This document shows positions 39,646-50,170 of a DNA stretch of 64,000 nucleotides, one piece after another. The stretch's first letter is position 1; every line of letters begins with the position of its first letter. The stretch is taken from assembly GCA_947508055.1 (NCBI GenBank), contig CANNRR010000001.1, forward strand, positions 9,881 to 73,880, read 5' to 3'. The stretch comes from Burkholderiales bacterium (GTDB lineage: Bacteria > Pseudomonadota > Gammaproteobacteria > Burkholderiales > Burkholderiaceae_C). Below the pieces are notes generated by a model, which searched no databases, had not been told where the DNA came from, and saw nothing but the letters and a program-made list of their open reading frames with translations. The translations under genes were made by a program, and so were the position numbers.

Positions 39646-40122
39646 ATGCCCCAAATTCAACTGACACCCGCCCAACGCAAAGAACACCGCGCCGAGGCTC
39701 ATCACCTCGACCCCGTTGTCATGGTGGGGGGCGATGGCCTGACCGACAACGTTAAAAAGGAAATCGACGCGGCTTTGAACTCGCACGGCCTCATCAAAGT
39801 CCGCATATTTTCTGACGATCGCGCGGCCCGCGAAGCCATGTTTCAATTGCTGGCTGATGCGCTCAACGCTGCGCCCATTCAGCACATTGGCAAGCTTCTG
39901 GTGCTGTGGCGCCCGAAGGTGGCGAAAGAAAAAGCCGTTGATGAAGACCGCATGGCAGGTCCGCGTGACTTCAAAGTGCTGAAATACAGCAAACGTGCCG
40001 GCCAGCGCCCCGAAGTCAAAACCCTTCGCGTTTTAGGAAACCAGCGACTCACCGCCGGGGGCAATGTCAAACGGGCAAAGCCCAAGCCACAAGTCAGCGT
40101 AAAGAAGCGCAGCCAAACTTAA
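39646..40122 (+). CDS. yhbY: YhbY RNA-binding protein
   Basis: [23 protein letters not shown]; divergent from rlmE. Confidence 0.95.
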   Translation: MPQIQLTPAQRKEHRAEAHHLDPVVMVGGDGLTDNVKKEIDAALNSHGLIKVRIFSDDRAAREAMFQLLADALNAAPIQHIGKLLVLWRPKVAKEKAVDEDRMAGPRDFKVLKYSKRAGQRPEVKTLRVLGNQRLTAGGNVKRAKPKPQVSVKKRSQT

Positions 40123-40125
40123 GAC

Positions 40126-40220
40126 TTGCGGGACAGACCGTAGCGAAGCGTAGCTCTGTCCTCAACTGATCACGGGGGTTCTTGCAGGACAGACCACAGT
40201 CAGTGGTACCCACCGCGATG
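40126..40220. repeat. REP-like hairpins related to the 1810/1869 units
   Basis: TTGCGGGACAGACC...GCTCTGTCCTCAACT plus degenerate TTGCAGGACAGACCAC... Confidence 0.7.
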
Positions 40221-40227
40221 ACAGGTT

Positions 40228-40668
40228 TCACGCCAACAACTCCCGAATTTCAAACAATTCCCTGCGAACCTGAAACAGTTGAAGCGCACCGTCCTCGGCT
40301 TGTTCAGCGCCCTGACTATCTTCGAAATCTTCAAGATCAGCGTCATCTACTTCTAAAACTTCAACGCCATCAAGCATTACTTCGCCATTGCGCTTCTTGT
40401 CGCGTTCGCTTTGCAGCAATTCCTGCATTTTGTTGCGCGCACCGGTGATCGTGAAGCCTTGGTCGTAGAGTAAATCCCGTATGCGGCGGATCATTAACAC
40501 CTCATGGTGCTGATAGTAACGCCGGTTGCCACGCCGCTTCATAGGGCGTAGCTGCGTGAACTCTTGCTCCCAATACCGTAGCACATGCGGTTTTACACCG
40601 CACAAATCCCCAACCTCACCGATAGTGAAGTAACGCTTGGCGGGTATAGGAGGGAGAGTTTTCTCCAT
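40228..40668 (-). CDS. MerR-family regulator (ihfA-associated)
   Basis: KRYFTIGEV, HVLRYWEQEF, GNRRYY. Confidence 0.95.
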   Translation of the reverse strand: MEKTLPPIPAKRYFTIGEVGDLCGVKPHVLRYWEQEFTQLRPMKRRGNRRYYQHHEVLMIRRIRDLLYDQGFTITGARNKMQELLQSERDKKRNGEVMLDGVEVLEVDDADLEDFEDSQGAEQAEDGALQLFQVRRELFEIRELLA

Positions 40669-40789
40669 TGAAATCAATGCTCTACGGGGTAAAGCGTAGA
40701 GGTTACTCTAACTTTTGCCGCAGTGCAAAGGGTGATTGTGGGACCCACGCACAAAGTCCACGGTTTGTTGCAAAAACATCGGTCGAGAA

Positions 40790-41107
40790 TTAGGTCTCGT
40801 CCTGAATTTGTTCTTTCAGTTTATGGCTGGCGTGAAACGTGACGACCCTGCGAGCCTGAATGGGTATCGCTTCACCCGTGCGTGGATTGCGACCGGGCCG
40901 GGGTGCTTTGGTACGAATCTGAAAATTCCCAAAACCGGAAATTTTGACATCAGTACCATCAACCAGACTTGCAGCAATCAGGTCGAAGAAGGCGTCGATC
41001 ATGTCCTTCGACTCGCGCTTGTTGAGTCCGATCTGCTCAAACAGCAAATCCGCCAACTGCGCCTTGGTTAACGCCGGAGTTTCCAGGCTTTCAACAGAAA
41101 AATCCAT
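40790..41107 (-). CDS. ihfA: Integration host factor alpha
   Basis: LTKAQLA, SGFGNF, RPGRNPRTGE. Confidence 0.98.
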   Translation of the reverse strand: MDFSVESLETPALTKAQLADLLFEQIGLNKRESKDMIDAFFDLIAASLVDGTDVKISGFGNFQIRTKAPRPGRNPRTGEAIPIQARRVVTFHASHKLKEQIQDET

Positions 41108-41142
41108 GGGTCCTCGATTCTTGTTGTAAACAGCTCAATCGG

Positions 41143-43578
41143 TCAAACGCGCTGACGCGCACCGATGCTGGTCGTCAGTTGATCAACAACGGCTTTGACC
41201 ACGCTTTCGATCTGCTCTTCCGACAGGGTGGCATCATCGCAGTTAAGCGTCAAGCGTACAGCAAGACTTCGGTCAACCGCGCTGTTCACCGAAGAAACAT
41301 CTTTCGCTACGTTAGGACGGTACATATCAAACAACTGGGCATCACGCAACAAACCGCTGGTTGGTGCAGACCAAACAGCCGAGACTAGCGCGTCATGGGT
41401 GACGTCGTCGGCCACAACAACGGCAATATCGCGCTGTACGGGTTGAAATTTTGCGACTGCCTGAAACACTGCAACCTTGCGCTGCAAGACGGCATTGAGG
41501 TCAAGCTCAAAAAGAATGGGCGCTTGCGTCAGATCAAAGGTTTGGCGCCATTGCGGATGCAACTCGCCAACAAATCCAATTACCATTTCACCGACCAACA
41601 CTTGGGCGCAGCGACCGGGATGCATGGCCGGATGCGAACCTGGTGTAAACCGTGCCTTCAGGGGCGCCAGCAGGGCTTCAACATCACCTTTGACATCGAA
41701 GAAATCGACGCTTTGCTCTTTGCGGCCCCACTGCAAGGCATCGGTGCTGCCGCTGGTTAGTCCGGCAACGCGCATCGGTTGGTCAAAACCGTCCACCGTT
41801 GTATCCGTACTCTTGACTGAAGGGTCGCGCAAAAATACCCGCCCCAGTTCAAACACCCGCACCCGCTGTTGCTTGCGCGCTTGGTTGAACTTCAATACTT
41901 GTAGCAAGGAACCCAACAAAGACGAGCGCATGACGCTCATCTGACTTGCAATCGGATTGAGCAGTTTGATCGGATTGGGGTTGCCTGCCAGTCCATGCTC
42001 CCAACTTTCTTCGACGAAGCTGAAATTGATCGTCTCCTGGTACCCCAGCGCTGCCAGGGACCGTCGCACAGCGAACGGACTGCGCTGGGACTCGGGGCGA
42101 ATTTTGGCAGTAATGGGAGCCAACGGTGGCGTGTGCGGAAGGTTGTCGTAGCCCACCATGCGGGCGACCTCTTCGATCAGGTCTTCTTCGATTTGGATAT
42201 CAAAGCGGTAGGATGGCGGCACAAGAGTCAACAGACCCTCAGACTGTGTGACGTTGAGCCCCAGACGCTGTAGCGCGTCTAAGCACTGGCTTTGTGTCAA
42301 ATGCATTCCAATGACCTTGCTGGCCCGGGTCACGCGCAAACTGACGGGCGCGGCTACCGGCATATTGGGGCGTTGGTCATCAACCGGACCACAGTTGGTA
42401 GAAGGTGTGCCGCAGATATCAATAATGAACTGCGTGAGGCGTTCAATGTGCTCCACCGTCAGTTGGGGGTCCACACCGCGCTCGAAGCGGTGGCCTGCAT
42501 CGGTGGAGAAATTGAATCGGCGTGAGCGTCCGGCGATGGATTTCGGCCACCAAAACGCGGCTTCCACATAAACGTGCTGTGTGTCGTCCGACACCGCTGT
42601 AGCATCGCCGCCCATGATCCCGGCCAACGATTCGACCTGACCGTCATCGGCAATGACGCCAACTTTTTCGTCGACTGTGACGGTGGTTCCGTTGAGCAGT
42701 TTGATCTGCTCGCCTGCCCTGCCCCAGCGCACATCGAGTCCACCAGCGATCTTGTCCAGGTCAAAGATGTGGGATGGCCGGCCCAACTCAAACATCACAT
42801 AGTTGGAAATATCGACCAGAGCCGTTACGCTGCGCTGACCACACCGCGCCAGGCGGTCAACCATCCACCGCGGCGTGGTCGCTTTGGTATTGATGTTACG
42901 GATTACACGGCCGGAAAAGCGGCCACACAAATCGGGGGCACTGACCTTGACTGCCAGTTTTTCGTCGTTGCTCACGGGAACGGCAGGAAAAGTTGGAGAC
43001 AGCAATGGCGCCCCGGTCAGCGCTGAGACCTCCCGGGCCACGCCATACACACTCAGGCAATGGGCCAAGTTGGGCGTGAGTTTGAGCGTGAAAAGCGTGT
43101 CGTCCAGGTTCAGATGTTGACGAATGTTCTGGCCTAGTGGCGCGTCTGCCGCCAACTCCAGCAGACCGCCATGGTCATCGGCGATTTGAAGTTCCCTGGC
43201 TGAGCACAACATGCCCTGACTCTCGACGCCGCGCAATTTTCCAACCTTGATGACAAAAGTCTTTCCATCCTCACCTGGCGGCAACTCAGCACCGACCAAA
43301 GCGCAAGGAACACGAATGCCCACACGGGCATTGGGCGCGCCACACACAATGTCCAACAGTTCTGGCTGACCCACGTCCACCTTGCATACCCGCAGGCGGT
43401 CCGCATTCGGGTGCTGTACCGCTTCTTTGATTTCGCCTACAACAATTTTCGTGAATGCGGGTGCAACGGGCTTGAGGTCTTCAACCTCCAAACCAGCCAT
43501 GGTCAGAGTGTCAGCCAATTGCTGGGTGGAAATGGATGGGTTGCAAAACGTGCGCAACCAGGATTCAGAAAATTGCAT
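41143..43578 (-). CDS. pheT: Phenylalanyl-tRNA synthetase beta
   Basis: MQFSESWL, HPNADRL, RFERGVD, EEDLIEEVAR. Confidence 0.98.
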   Translation of the reverse strand: MQFSESWLRTFCNPSISTQQLADTLTMAGLEVEDLKPVAPAFTKIVVGEIKEAVQHPNADRLRVCKVDVGQPELLDIVCGAPNARVGIRVPCALVGAELPPGEDGKTFVIKVGKLRGVESQGMLCSARELQIADDHGGLLELAADAPLGQNIRQHLNLDDTLFTLKLTPNLAHCLSVYGVAREVSALTGAPLLSPTFPAVPVSNDEKLAVKVSAPDLCGRFSGRVIRNINTKATTPRWMVDRLARCGQRSVTALVDISNYVMFELGRPSHIFDLDKIAGGLDVRWGRAGEQIKLLNGTTVTVDEKVGVIADDGQVESLAGIMGGDATAVSDDTQHVYVEAAFWWPKSIAGRSRRFNFSTDAGHRFERGVDPQLTVEHIERLTQFIIDICGTPSTNCGPVDDQRPNMPVAAPVSLRVTRASKVIGMHLTQSQCLDALQRLGLNVTQSEGLLTLVPPSYRFDIQIEEDLIEEVARMVGYDNLPHTPPLAPITAKIRPESQRSPFAVRRSLAALGYQETINFSFVEESWEHGLAGNPNPIKLLNPIASQMSVMRSSLLGSLLQVLKFNQARKQQRVRVFELGRVFLRDPSVKSTDTTVDGFDQPMRVAGLTSGSTDALQWGRKEQSVDFFDVKGDVEALLAPLKARFTPGSHPAMHPGRCAQVLVGEMVIGFVGELHPQWRQTFDLTQAPILFELDLNAVLQRKVAVFQAVAKFQPVQRDIAVVVADDVTHDALVSAVWSAPTSGLLRDAQLFDMYRPNVAKDVSSVNSAVDRSLAVRLTLNCDDATLSEEQIESVVKAVVDQLTTSIGARQRV

Positions 43579-43635
43579 AAAAAATCTCAACCAAATTGAT
43601 ACCGTGCACCGCACAGCGCCTCAGGGGGGTCTTCA

Positions 43636-44706
43636 TCATCCGAACTGTGACAGGAAACGGATGTCGCCATCGAAGAACAGGCGCAAATCGTTTACGCCAT
43701 AGCGCAGCATGGTCAACCGGTCGGGGCCCATGCCGAAAGCAAAACCGATGAACTTTTCAGGGTCCAAGCCCATGTTGCGAACCACGTTGGGGTGCACCTG
43801 ACCAGAGCCGGCCACTTCCAACCAGCGCCCAGCCAACGGGCCGCTCTGGAACTGAATGTCAATCTCGGCACTGGGCTCGGTGAATGGAAAAAAGCTGGGG
43901 CGAAACCGCAGCACCAGATCGTCGCTCTCGAAAAACGTCCGACAAAAATCGGTAAAAACAAACTTCAAGTCCTTGAAGCTCACGTTCTCGCCCACCCACA
44001 GGCCTTCACATTGGTGGAACATGGGCGAGTGCGTTGCGTCACTGTCGACCCGATAGGTCCGCCCCGGTGCGATGACCCGAATCTCGGGCATGTCACCAGA
44101 GAACAAAGCGTTTACGTCGGCACCTGCCGCCGCGCGGTGCCGCTTGACGTGCTGGACCGCATAACGGATTTGCATGGGGCTGGTATGGGTGCGCAACAAA
44201 TTGGGCGCTGCCTCCGACCCACCTTCAACGTAAAAGGTGTCGTGCATCGACCGTGCCGGATGGTCTTCCGGTGTATTCAACGCGGTGAAGTTGAACCAAT
44301 CGGACTCGATTTCGGGCCCTTGGGCAACCTCAAATCCCATGGATCCAAAAATGGCTTCAATGCGTTCCATCGTGAGCGACACCGGATGCAAACCGCCCTG
44401 CCCGCGCTGTCGACCCGGCAAGGTCACGTCCAGCGCTTCGGCGCGCAATTGCGCCTGCAGTTCGGCATCAGCCAAAGCCTGACGGCGCGCGTTCAGCGCT
44501 ACTTCAATCGCCTGTTTGGCAAGGTTAATGGCCGCACCACGGGACTTCTTCTCTTCTACGCTCAGGGCGGACATGCCCTTCATCAGTTCAGTAACACGTC
44601 CGGATTTACCCAGGAACAGCGCTTTCGCGTTCTCCAGGTCAGCGGGGGTAATGGCTTGTGCAAATGCCGCTTGGGCGCTGTCGACGATGGCGTTCAAATC
44701 GTTCAT
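43636..44706 (-). CDS. pheS: Phenylalanyl-tRNA synthetase alpha
   Basis: [31 protein letters not shown]. Confidence 0.98.
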   Translation of the reverse strand: MNDLNAIVDSAQAAFAQAITPADLENAKALFLGKSGRVTELMKGMSALSVEEKKSRGAAINLAKQAIEVALNARRQALADAELQAQLRAEALDVTLPGRQRGQGGLHPVSLTMERIEAIFGSMGFEVAQGPEIESDWFNFTALNTPEDHPARSMHDTFYVEGGSEAAPNLLRTHTSPMQIRYAVQHVKRHRAAAGADVNALFSGDMPEIRVIAPGRTYRVDSDATHSPMFHQCEGLWVGENVSFKDLKFVFTDFCRTFFESDDLVLRFRPSFFPFTEPSAEIDIQFQSGPLAGRWLEVAGSGQVHPNVVRNMGLDPEKFIGFAFGMGPDRLTMLRYGVNDLRLFFDGDIRFLSQFG

Positions 44707-44737
44707 ATATTCTTGGGTCAATGAAAAAGGGCTAGCG

Positions 44738-44794
44738 CTTTTTCAAGCTCTAGCCCTTGTTCTATTTGCACTGACAGCTACCAAAAAGATAGCA
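44738..44794 (-). repeat. 57-bp dispersed motif copy, overlapping rplT terminator hairpin (44724-44758)
   Basis: TGCTA TCTTTTTGG TAGC TGTCA GTGC AAATAGAA CAAGG GCTAGAG CTTG AAAAAG. Confidence 0.85.
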
Positions 44795-44808
44795 TGTCAG
44801 GGCGAAAA

Positions 44809-45168
44809 TCAAGCAGCCAGCTTGGCCTTGACTTGCTCCACGATACCGGCAAAAGCCGCCATGTCGTGAATAGCGATATCAGACAAAACCTTACGGTCGA
44901 TCTCGATATTGGCTTTCTTCAGACCATTTGCGAATTGGCTGTATGTCATGCCGCACTGACGTGCAGCAGCATTGATACGGGCAATCCACAACTGACGGAA
45001 GACACGTTTCTTAGTACGACGGTCACGGTAGGCATATTGCCCAGCCTTCATTACCGCTTCTTTGGCGATACGGAAGACATTACCGCGGCGACCGCGAAAA
45101 CCTTTTGCAAGGACCAGAACTTTTTTGTGGCGGGCGCGAGCCGTTACACCACGTTTGACGCGAGGCAT
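44809..45168 (-). CDS. rplT: 50S ribosomal protein L20
   Basis: [22 protein letters not shown]. Confidence 0.99.
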   Translation of the reverse strand: MPRVKRGVTARARHKKVLVLAKGFRGRRGNVFRIAKEAVMKAGQYAYRDRRTKKRVFRQLWIARINAAARQCGMTYSQFANGLKKANIEIDRKVLSDIAIHDMAAFAGIVEQVKAKLAA

Positions 45169-45193
45169 TGTGTTACTCCTTGTTCGTCGTTAA

Positions 45194-45397
45194 TTAAATA
45201 CCACGGCCTGGCAGCATCTGTGCCATGTGACCCATATTGGTCTCATGAACAGCAGTTGTACCGCGCAAGTGGCGTTTATTTTTGGTGGTCTTCTTGGTCA
45301 GAATGTGACGTTTGAAGGCTTGTCCGCGTTTAACGGTTCCACCTGGACGGACGCGGAAGCGTTTCTTCGCCGCGCTCTTAGTCTTCATTTTGGGCAT
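45194..45397 (-). CDS. rpmI: 50S ribosomal protein L35
   Basis: [20 protein letters not shown]; GGAG RBS. Confidence 0.98.
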   Translation of the reverse strand: MPKMKTKSAAKKRFRVRPGGTVKRGQAFKRHILTKKTTKNKRHLRGTTAVHETNMGHMAQMLPGRGI

Positions 45398-45503
45398 ATA
45401 CATGCTCCTTTTACATTGTGCTCGTGAGGCGTCTGGAAACTACTTCCAGCCTTGTTGGCCCCGAGCCACTTTTAAGCAGCGAGTTTTGTGCTCACCACTT
45501 TTC

Positions 45504-45534
45504 AAAAAATGGTGCCTTTCGGCATTCCACTTTT
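45504..45534 (-). terminator. Hairpin with GAAA loop and U-tract after infC
   Basis: GTGGAATGCC-GAAA-GGCACCATTTTTT. Confidence 0.6.
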
Positions 45535-45560
45535 GGCGGCAGGTTGCCCCGCCACGTTTC

Positions 45561-46148
45561 TTAAGCCGCAGCTTCCGCTACCGGCTTTACCGCCCCGCCG
45601 GGCTTCTTCTTGCCGGGCGCGATCATCATGATCATCTGACGCCCTTCAAGTTTGGGAAACTGTTCCACAACAATCAAATCTACCAAATCAGCACGAATGC
45701 GGTTGAGCAAGGCCATTCCGATTTCCTGATGGGTGATTTCACGACCCCGAAAACGCAACGTGATCTTGCACTTGTCGCCTTCGGCCAGGAAGCGCTTGAT
45801 ATTGCGCATCTTGATGTTGTAGTCGCCGTCATCCGTACCCGGGCGGAATTTGATTTCCTTGATCTCAATGACCGTCTGCTTCGCTTTCGCTTCCGCCGCC
45901 TTCTTCTGTTCCTGGTACTTGAATTTGCCGTAATCCATCAAACGACAGACCGGCGGATTCGCCGTAGCAGCAATTTCCACCAGATCAACATCCAGCTCGC
46001 CTGCTTGGCGCAGGGCTTCCATCAGGCTCACAACACCGAGGGGTTCATTTTCGGGCCCGGAGAGGCGAACCTCAGGGGCCATGATTTCCCGATTTAAACG
46101 GTGTTTGCGTTCTTCACGCTGACGGCGGTCACGAAATTCAGTAGCGAT
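45561..46148 (-). CDS. infC: Translation initiation factor IF-3, ATC start
   Basis: [39 protein letters not shown]; AAGGA RBS before ATC. Confidence 0.95.
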   Translation of the reverse strand: MATEFRDRRQREERKHRLNREIMAPEVRLSGPENEPLGVVSLMEALRQAGELDVDLVEIAATANPPVCRLMDYGKFKYQEQKKAAEAKAKQTVIEIKEIKFRPGTDDGDYNIKMRNIKRFLAEGDKCKITLRFRGREITHQEIGMALLNRIRADLVDLIVVEQFPKLEGRQMIMMIAPGKKKPGGAVKPVAEAAA

Positions 46149-46169
46149 GGCTCATTCCTTCACAATATC

Positions 46170-46226
46170 TGCTACAAAAACAGTAGCTATCGCCGCACAG
46201 CACACGCGGTCAAACCAACTATAAAG
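46170..46226 (+). repeat. 57-bp dispersed motif copy (degenerate 3' part), thrS-infC junction
   Basis: TGCTA CAAAAACAG TAGC TATCG CCGC ACAGCACA CGCGG TCAAACC... Confidence 0.65.
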
Positions 46227-48132
46227 CCGACTTGTTGGCAATGTCACCCAAGATTTTTTGCACAAAGGCATCCAGAGGCATTGCTCCGAGGTCTTGACCA
46301 CCCCGGGCGCGCACTGCGACGGCACCTGCTGTCATCTCTTTGTCGCCAATAACGACCAAGTAGGGCAGCTTCTGCATCGAATGCTCGCGTATTTTATAGG
46401 TAATCTTCTCGTTGCGCAGGTCTAAATTGACCCTAAGCCCTTGATTTTGCAGCGTTTTAGCCACGGATCGTGCATATTCGGCCTGAGCATCGGTGATATT
46501 TAGAATCGCAACCTGGACTGGCGCCAACCAGGCAGGCAATGCGCCTGCACTCTCCTCGATCAAAATTCCGATGAACCGCTCCAAACTGCCCACGATGGCA
46601 CGGTGCAACATCACCGGCCGATGGCGTGCACCGTCTTCACCCACGTATTCAGCATCAAGACGCTCCGGCATGGAAAAATCAACCTGAATCGTTCCGCACT
46701 GCCATTGGCGGCCAATGGCATCTTTTAACGTGTATTCGATCTTGGGGCCGTAGAAAGCACCCTCGCCGGGAGAGATTTCGTACTCACAGCCGGATGCCTT
46801 CAGGCTTTCAATCAACGCAGCCTCAGCTCTATCCCAACTCTCGTCGGAGCCAATGCGTTGCGCGGGGCGAGTCGCCACCTTGTAAATGATGTTCTTGAAA
46901 CCGAAGTCGGCATAGACCTTTTGCAGCAAAGCCGTGTAGTCCACGCACTCTTTCAGAATCTGGCCTTCGGTGCAGAAAATATGGCCATCGTCCTGCGTAA
47001 ATCCACGCACGCGCATGATGCCGTGCAAACCACCCGAAGGCTCGTTGCGATGGCACTGACCAAATTCGCCGTAGCGCAGTGGCAGGTCACGATAGCTCTT
47101 GATGCCCTGCTTGAAGATCAGGATATGACCCGGGCAGTTCATCGGCTTTAACGCATATTCGCGCTTTTCGGACTCCGTGACAAACATGTTCTCGCGGTAT
47201 TTGTCCCAATGCCCGGTTTTTTCCCACAGGCCCTTGTCAATGATTTGCGGCCCCTTGACTTCCAGATAGCCGTTGTCCTGGTACACCTTGCGCATGTACT
47301 GCTCAACGCCCTGCCATAGGGTCCATCCCTTGGGATGCCAGAACACCAGTCCGGGTGCGTGGTCATCAATGTGGAACAAATCCAGTTCCCGACCCAACTT
47401 GCGGTGGTCGCGCTTCTCTGCTTCTTCCAGCATGGTGAGGTGTTGCTGCAATTCGTCCTTGGTCGCCCAAGCCGTGCCGTAAATGCGCTGCAACATCTCA
47501 TTTTTGTGGTCACCGCGCCAATAGGCGCCAGCCAGTTTCATCAACTTGAAGTGCTTGAGCTTTCCGGTGCTCGGGACGTGGGGGCCACGGCAGAGGTCTT
47601 CAAACTTGCCTTCGCGGTAAAGGGAAACGTCCTGGTCGGCGGGAATACTCCCGATGATTTCCGCCTTGTATTGCTCGCCCATGCTCTTGAAATAGGCAAT
47701 CGCATCATCACGCGGCAACACGCGGCGGGTCACCGGCTCATCCACGGACGCCAGCGCCGTCATCTTCTTCTCGATAGCGGCCAGATCTTCTGGTGTGAAG
47801 GGTCGCTTGTAGGAGAAGTCGTAGAAGAAGCCGTTCTCAATCACGGGGCCAATGGTGACCTGTGCATCGGGAAATAGCTCCTTGACCGCATACGCCAGCA
47901 AGTGCGCTGTGGAATGGCGGATGACTTCAAGACCGTCAGCATCCTTGGCTGTGATGATGGACAGCGCGCTATGGGTGGACATCTGGTAGCTGGTGTCCAC
48001 GACCTTGCCGTCCACTTTGCCGGCCAAAGCAGCCTTGGCCAGGCCGGCACCAATCGATGCAGCGACCTCGGCCACAGTGACTGGACCAGGGAATTCACGT
48101 TGGGAACCGTCGGGAAGCGTAATTTGGATCAT
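46219..48132 (-). CDS. thrS: Threonyl-tRNA synthetase
   Basis: TGS domain, RHSTAH, DLCRGPH, KPMNCP, GSLERF. Confidence 0.99.
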   Translation of the reverse strand: MIQITLPDGSQREFPGPVTVAEVAASIGAGLAKAALAGKVDGKVVDTSYQMSTHSALSIITAKDADGLEVIRHSTAHLLAYAVKELFPDAQVTIGPVIENGFFYDFSYKRPFTPEDLAAIEKKMTALASVDEPVTRRVLPRDDAIAYFKSMGEQYKAEIIGSIPADQDVSLYREGKFEDLCRGPHVPSTGKLKHFKLMKLAGAYWRGDHKNEMLQRIYGTAWATKDELQQHLTMLEEAEKRDHRKLGRELDLFHIDDHAPGLVFWHPKGWTLWQGVEQYMRKVYQDNGYLEVKGPQIIDKGLWEKTGHWDKYRENMFVTESEKREYALKPMNCPGHILIFKQGIKSYRDLPLRYGEFGQCHRNEPSGGLHGIMRVRGFTQDDGHIFCTEGQILKECVDYTALLQKVYADFGFKNIIYKVATRPAQRIGSDESWDRAEAALIESLKASGCEYEISPGEGAFYGPKIEYTLKDAIGRQWQCGTIQVDFSMPERLDAEYVGEDGARHRPVMLHRAIVGSLERFIGILIEESAGALPAWLAPVQVAILNITDAQAEYARSVAKTLQNQGLRVNLDLRNEKITYKIREHSMQKLPYLVVIGDKEMTAGAVAVRARGGQDLGAMPLDAFVQKILGDIANKSAL

Positions 48133-48165
48133 GGTGTGTGCCGAAAAAGAGCCTTGATGAAAGGC

Positions 48166-48189
48166 AAAAAGCGCGGATGGTTCCGCGCT
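48166..48189 (-). terminator. Attenuator terminator of thrS leader
   Basis: AGCGCGGA-ACCA-TCCGCGCT followed by U-tract. Confidence 0.8.
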
Positions 48190-48190
48190 C

Positions 48191-48247
48191 TACTATGAAT
48201 TTGGTAGCTGGCTACGCACAAGGCGCGCGGACTACGGCCTTATTTGC
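48191..48247 (+). repeat. 57-bp dispersed motif copy, within thrS leader
   Basis: TACTA TGAATTTGG TAGC TGGCT ACGC ACAAGGCG CGCGG ACTACGG CCTT ATTTGC. Confidence 0.8.
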
Positions 48248-48281
48248 TTGTAAATGTCGCCGGTGTAGTTCGCGGTGTCAT
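48240..48281 (-). CDS. thrS leader peptide MTPRTTPATFTSK
   Basis: 5 of 13 residues are Thr; GAAAGG RBS; followed by antiterminator/terminator. Confidence 0.8.
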   Translation of the reverse strand: MTPRTTPATFTSK

Positions 48282-48388
48282 AACCAAACTGCCTTTCTCG
48301 CTCTTATGTTGAGTTGATAGAAGGATTTTAACCCCACTCCGGGTTGAGCCCGCCACCCCAGATGTAAGTCAAGCACTGACCCCAAATC

Positions 48389-48420
48389 AAAAAAGCCGGG
48401 CACCCTCACAAGAGCCCGGC
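48389..48420 (-). terminator. Intrinsic terminator of aceA
   Basis: GCCGGGC...GCCCGGC-TTTTTT. Confidence 0.8.
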
Positions 48421-48442
48421 CATTCTCAAATCACTCGAAAGA

Positions 48443-49747
48443 TCAGTGGAACTGCTCTTCTTCAGTAGAACCGGTCAGCGCAGTGACGCTGGACTTGCCG
48501 CCCTGGATCACGGTGGTCACTTCGTCGAAGTAACCAGTTCCCACTTCCTGCTGGTGTGACACGAAGCTGTAGCCACGGTCGCGCGCTGCGAATTCTGGCT
48601 CTTGCACCTTCTCGACGTAGGCAGTCATGCCACGCGCCATGTAGTCTTGCGCCAAGTCGAACATGTGGAACCACATATTGTGGATACCAGCCAGAGTAAT
48701 GAACTGGTACTTGTATCCCATGGCACCCAATTCCTTCTGGAACTTGGCAATGGTCGCGTCGTCCAGGTTCTTCTTCCAGTTGAACGATGGCGAGCAGTTG
48801 TAAGCCAGCATCTTGCCGGGGTGCTTGGCGTGCACAGCATCGGCAAACTTCTTGGCAAACTCCAAATCGGGCGTACCGGTTTCACACCACACCAGGTCAG
48901 CGTAGTCAGCGTAGGCCACAGCGCGGCTGATAGCCTGGTCCAGACCCTTCTTGGTCTTATAGAAGCCTTCAGCGGTGCGCTCACCGGTCAAGAACGGCTT
49001 GTCGTTGGCATCGTAGTCGCTGGTCAACAGGTCAGCGGCTTCGGCATCGGTACGGGCGATCACCAGTGTGGGTACGCCATACACGTCGGCCGCCATGCGG
49101 GCAGCGATCAGCTTTTGGCAAGCCTCGGTGGTAGGAACCAGCACCTTGCCACCCATATGACCGCATTTCTTCACTGAAGCCAACTGGTCTTCAAAGTGCA
49201 CGCCACCGGCACCCGCACGGATCATGGCTTTCATCAGTTCGTAAGCGTTCAGCACACCGCCAAAACCGGCTTCCGCATCGGCCACGATCGGCGCGTAGTA
49301 GTCGATATAACCTTTGTCGCCAGGGCCCACACCTTTGGACCACTGGATTTCGTCAGCACGGCTGAACGAATTGTTGATGCGCTCCACAACCTTTGGCACC
49401 GAGTCCACTGGGTACAGGGACTGGTCGGGGTACATGGCCGAATATTCGTTGTTGTCAGCCGCAACTTGCCAGCCGGACAGGTAAATGGCTTTCACGCCAG
49501 CCTTGACCTGTTGCATCGCTTGTCCACCGGTCAGTGCGCCCAGGCAGTTGACGTAAGGCGTGTTATTGACCAGATCCCACAACTTGTCGGCACCACGGCG
49601 CGCTAAGGTGTATTCAACCTGGAGCGAGCCCCGTAGGCGCACCACGTCGGCTGCTGTGTATCCGCGCTTGATGCCTTTCCAGCGTGGATTGGTTGCCCAG
49701 TCTTTTTCGAGGGCGGCGATTTGCTGTTCACGGGTCTGGGTAGTCAT
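48443..49747 (-). CDS. aceA: Isocitrate lyase
   Basis: [32 protein letters not shown]. Confidence 0.99.
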   Translation of the reverse strand: MTTQTREQQIAALEKDWATNPRWKGIKRGYTAADVVRLRGSLQVEYTLARRGADKLWDLVNNTPYVNCLGALTGGQAMQQVKAGVKAIYLSGWQVAADNNEYSAMYPDQSLYPVDSVPKVVERINNSFSRADEIQWSKGVGPGDKGYIDYYAPIVADAEAGFGGVLNAYELMKAMIRAGAGGVHFEDQLASVKKCGHMGGKVLVPTTEACQKLIAARMAADVYGVPTLVIARTDAEAADLLTSDYDANDKPFLTGERTAEGFYKTKKGLDQAISRAVAYADYADLVWCETGTPDLEFAKKFADAVHAKHPGKMLAYNCSPSFNWKKNLDDATIAKFQKELGAMGYKYQFITLAGIHNMWFHMFDLAQDYMARGMTAYVEKVQEPEFAARDRGYSFVSHQQEVGTGYFDEVTTVIQGGKSSVTALTGSTEEEQFH

Positions 49748-49816
49748 GGAATCACTCCGTAGGTTAAGAAAAAGTTGCCTGAACCGTTCAGCGTTTCAGG
49801 CTACGGGTTTATTCTA

Positions 49817-49860
49817 GTCTTCTATAAGACCAAGATCGCATCTTATGTCTTATATAAGAC
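49817..49860. promoter_or_regulatory. Two palindromic operator sites (SdhR/GntR-like) upstream of aceA
   Basis: GTCTTCTATAAGAC (49817-49830) and GTCTTATATAAGAC (49847-49860). Confidence 0.75.
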
Positions 49861-50170
49861 AGCTTTTTTGCAAATATTTTATGGACTTTCCAGTGGGTAA
49901 TTCGCATTATGAAACGTGAAAATCTATCGTGAAAAATCAAATCAAAAATGCAAAATTCACCAACTTACACGGTAAGCCGCAGCGATTTCCTGCGCAGGTC
50001 CAGACTATGCGCGCGAAACAAGGACGCTGAAAACCAAAACGCCAGCTGAGTGAGGTGCCAACAAAAATGCCTCCATGCAAGAATTCTCAAGGTCCTACAA
50101 GACCAAACTGCTATTTTGGTTAGGGCATGATTAGTCGGCTTTGACCATTCCCCGTTTCTTTGTACGAACC

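Noticed and set aside
40123-40227. tRNA-Pro often found after ihfA-merR
   Set aside because: No cloverleaf or TTC T-loop; the space holds REP-like hairpins.
40565-40583. TGCTC-N9-TAGCA dyad inside the merR gene
   Set aside because: The second half of the motif is absent in either orientation; may be chance.
44722-44808. pheM-type leader peptide before pheS
   Set aside because: A terminator is present but I found no Phe-rich leader ORF.
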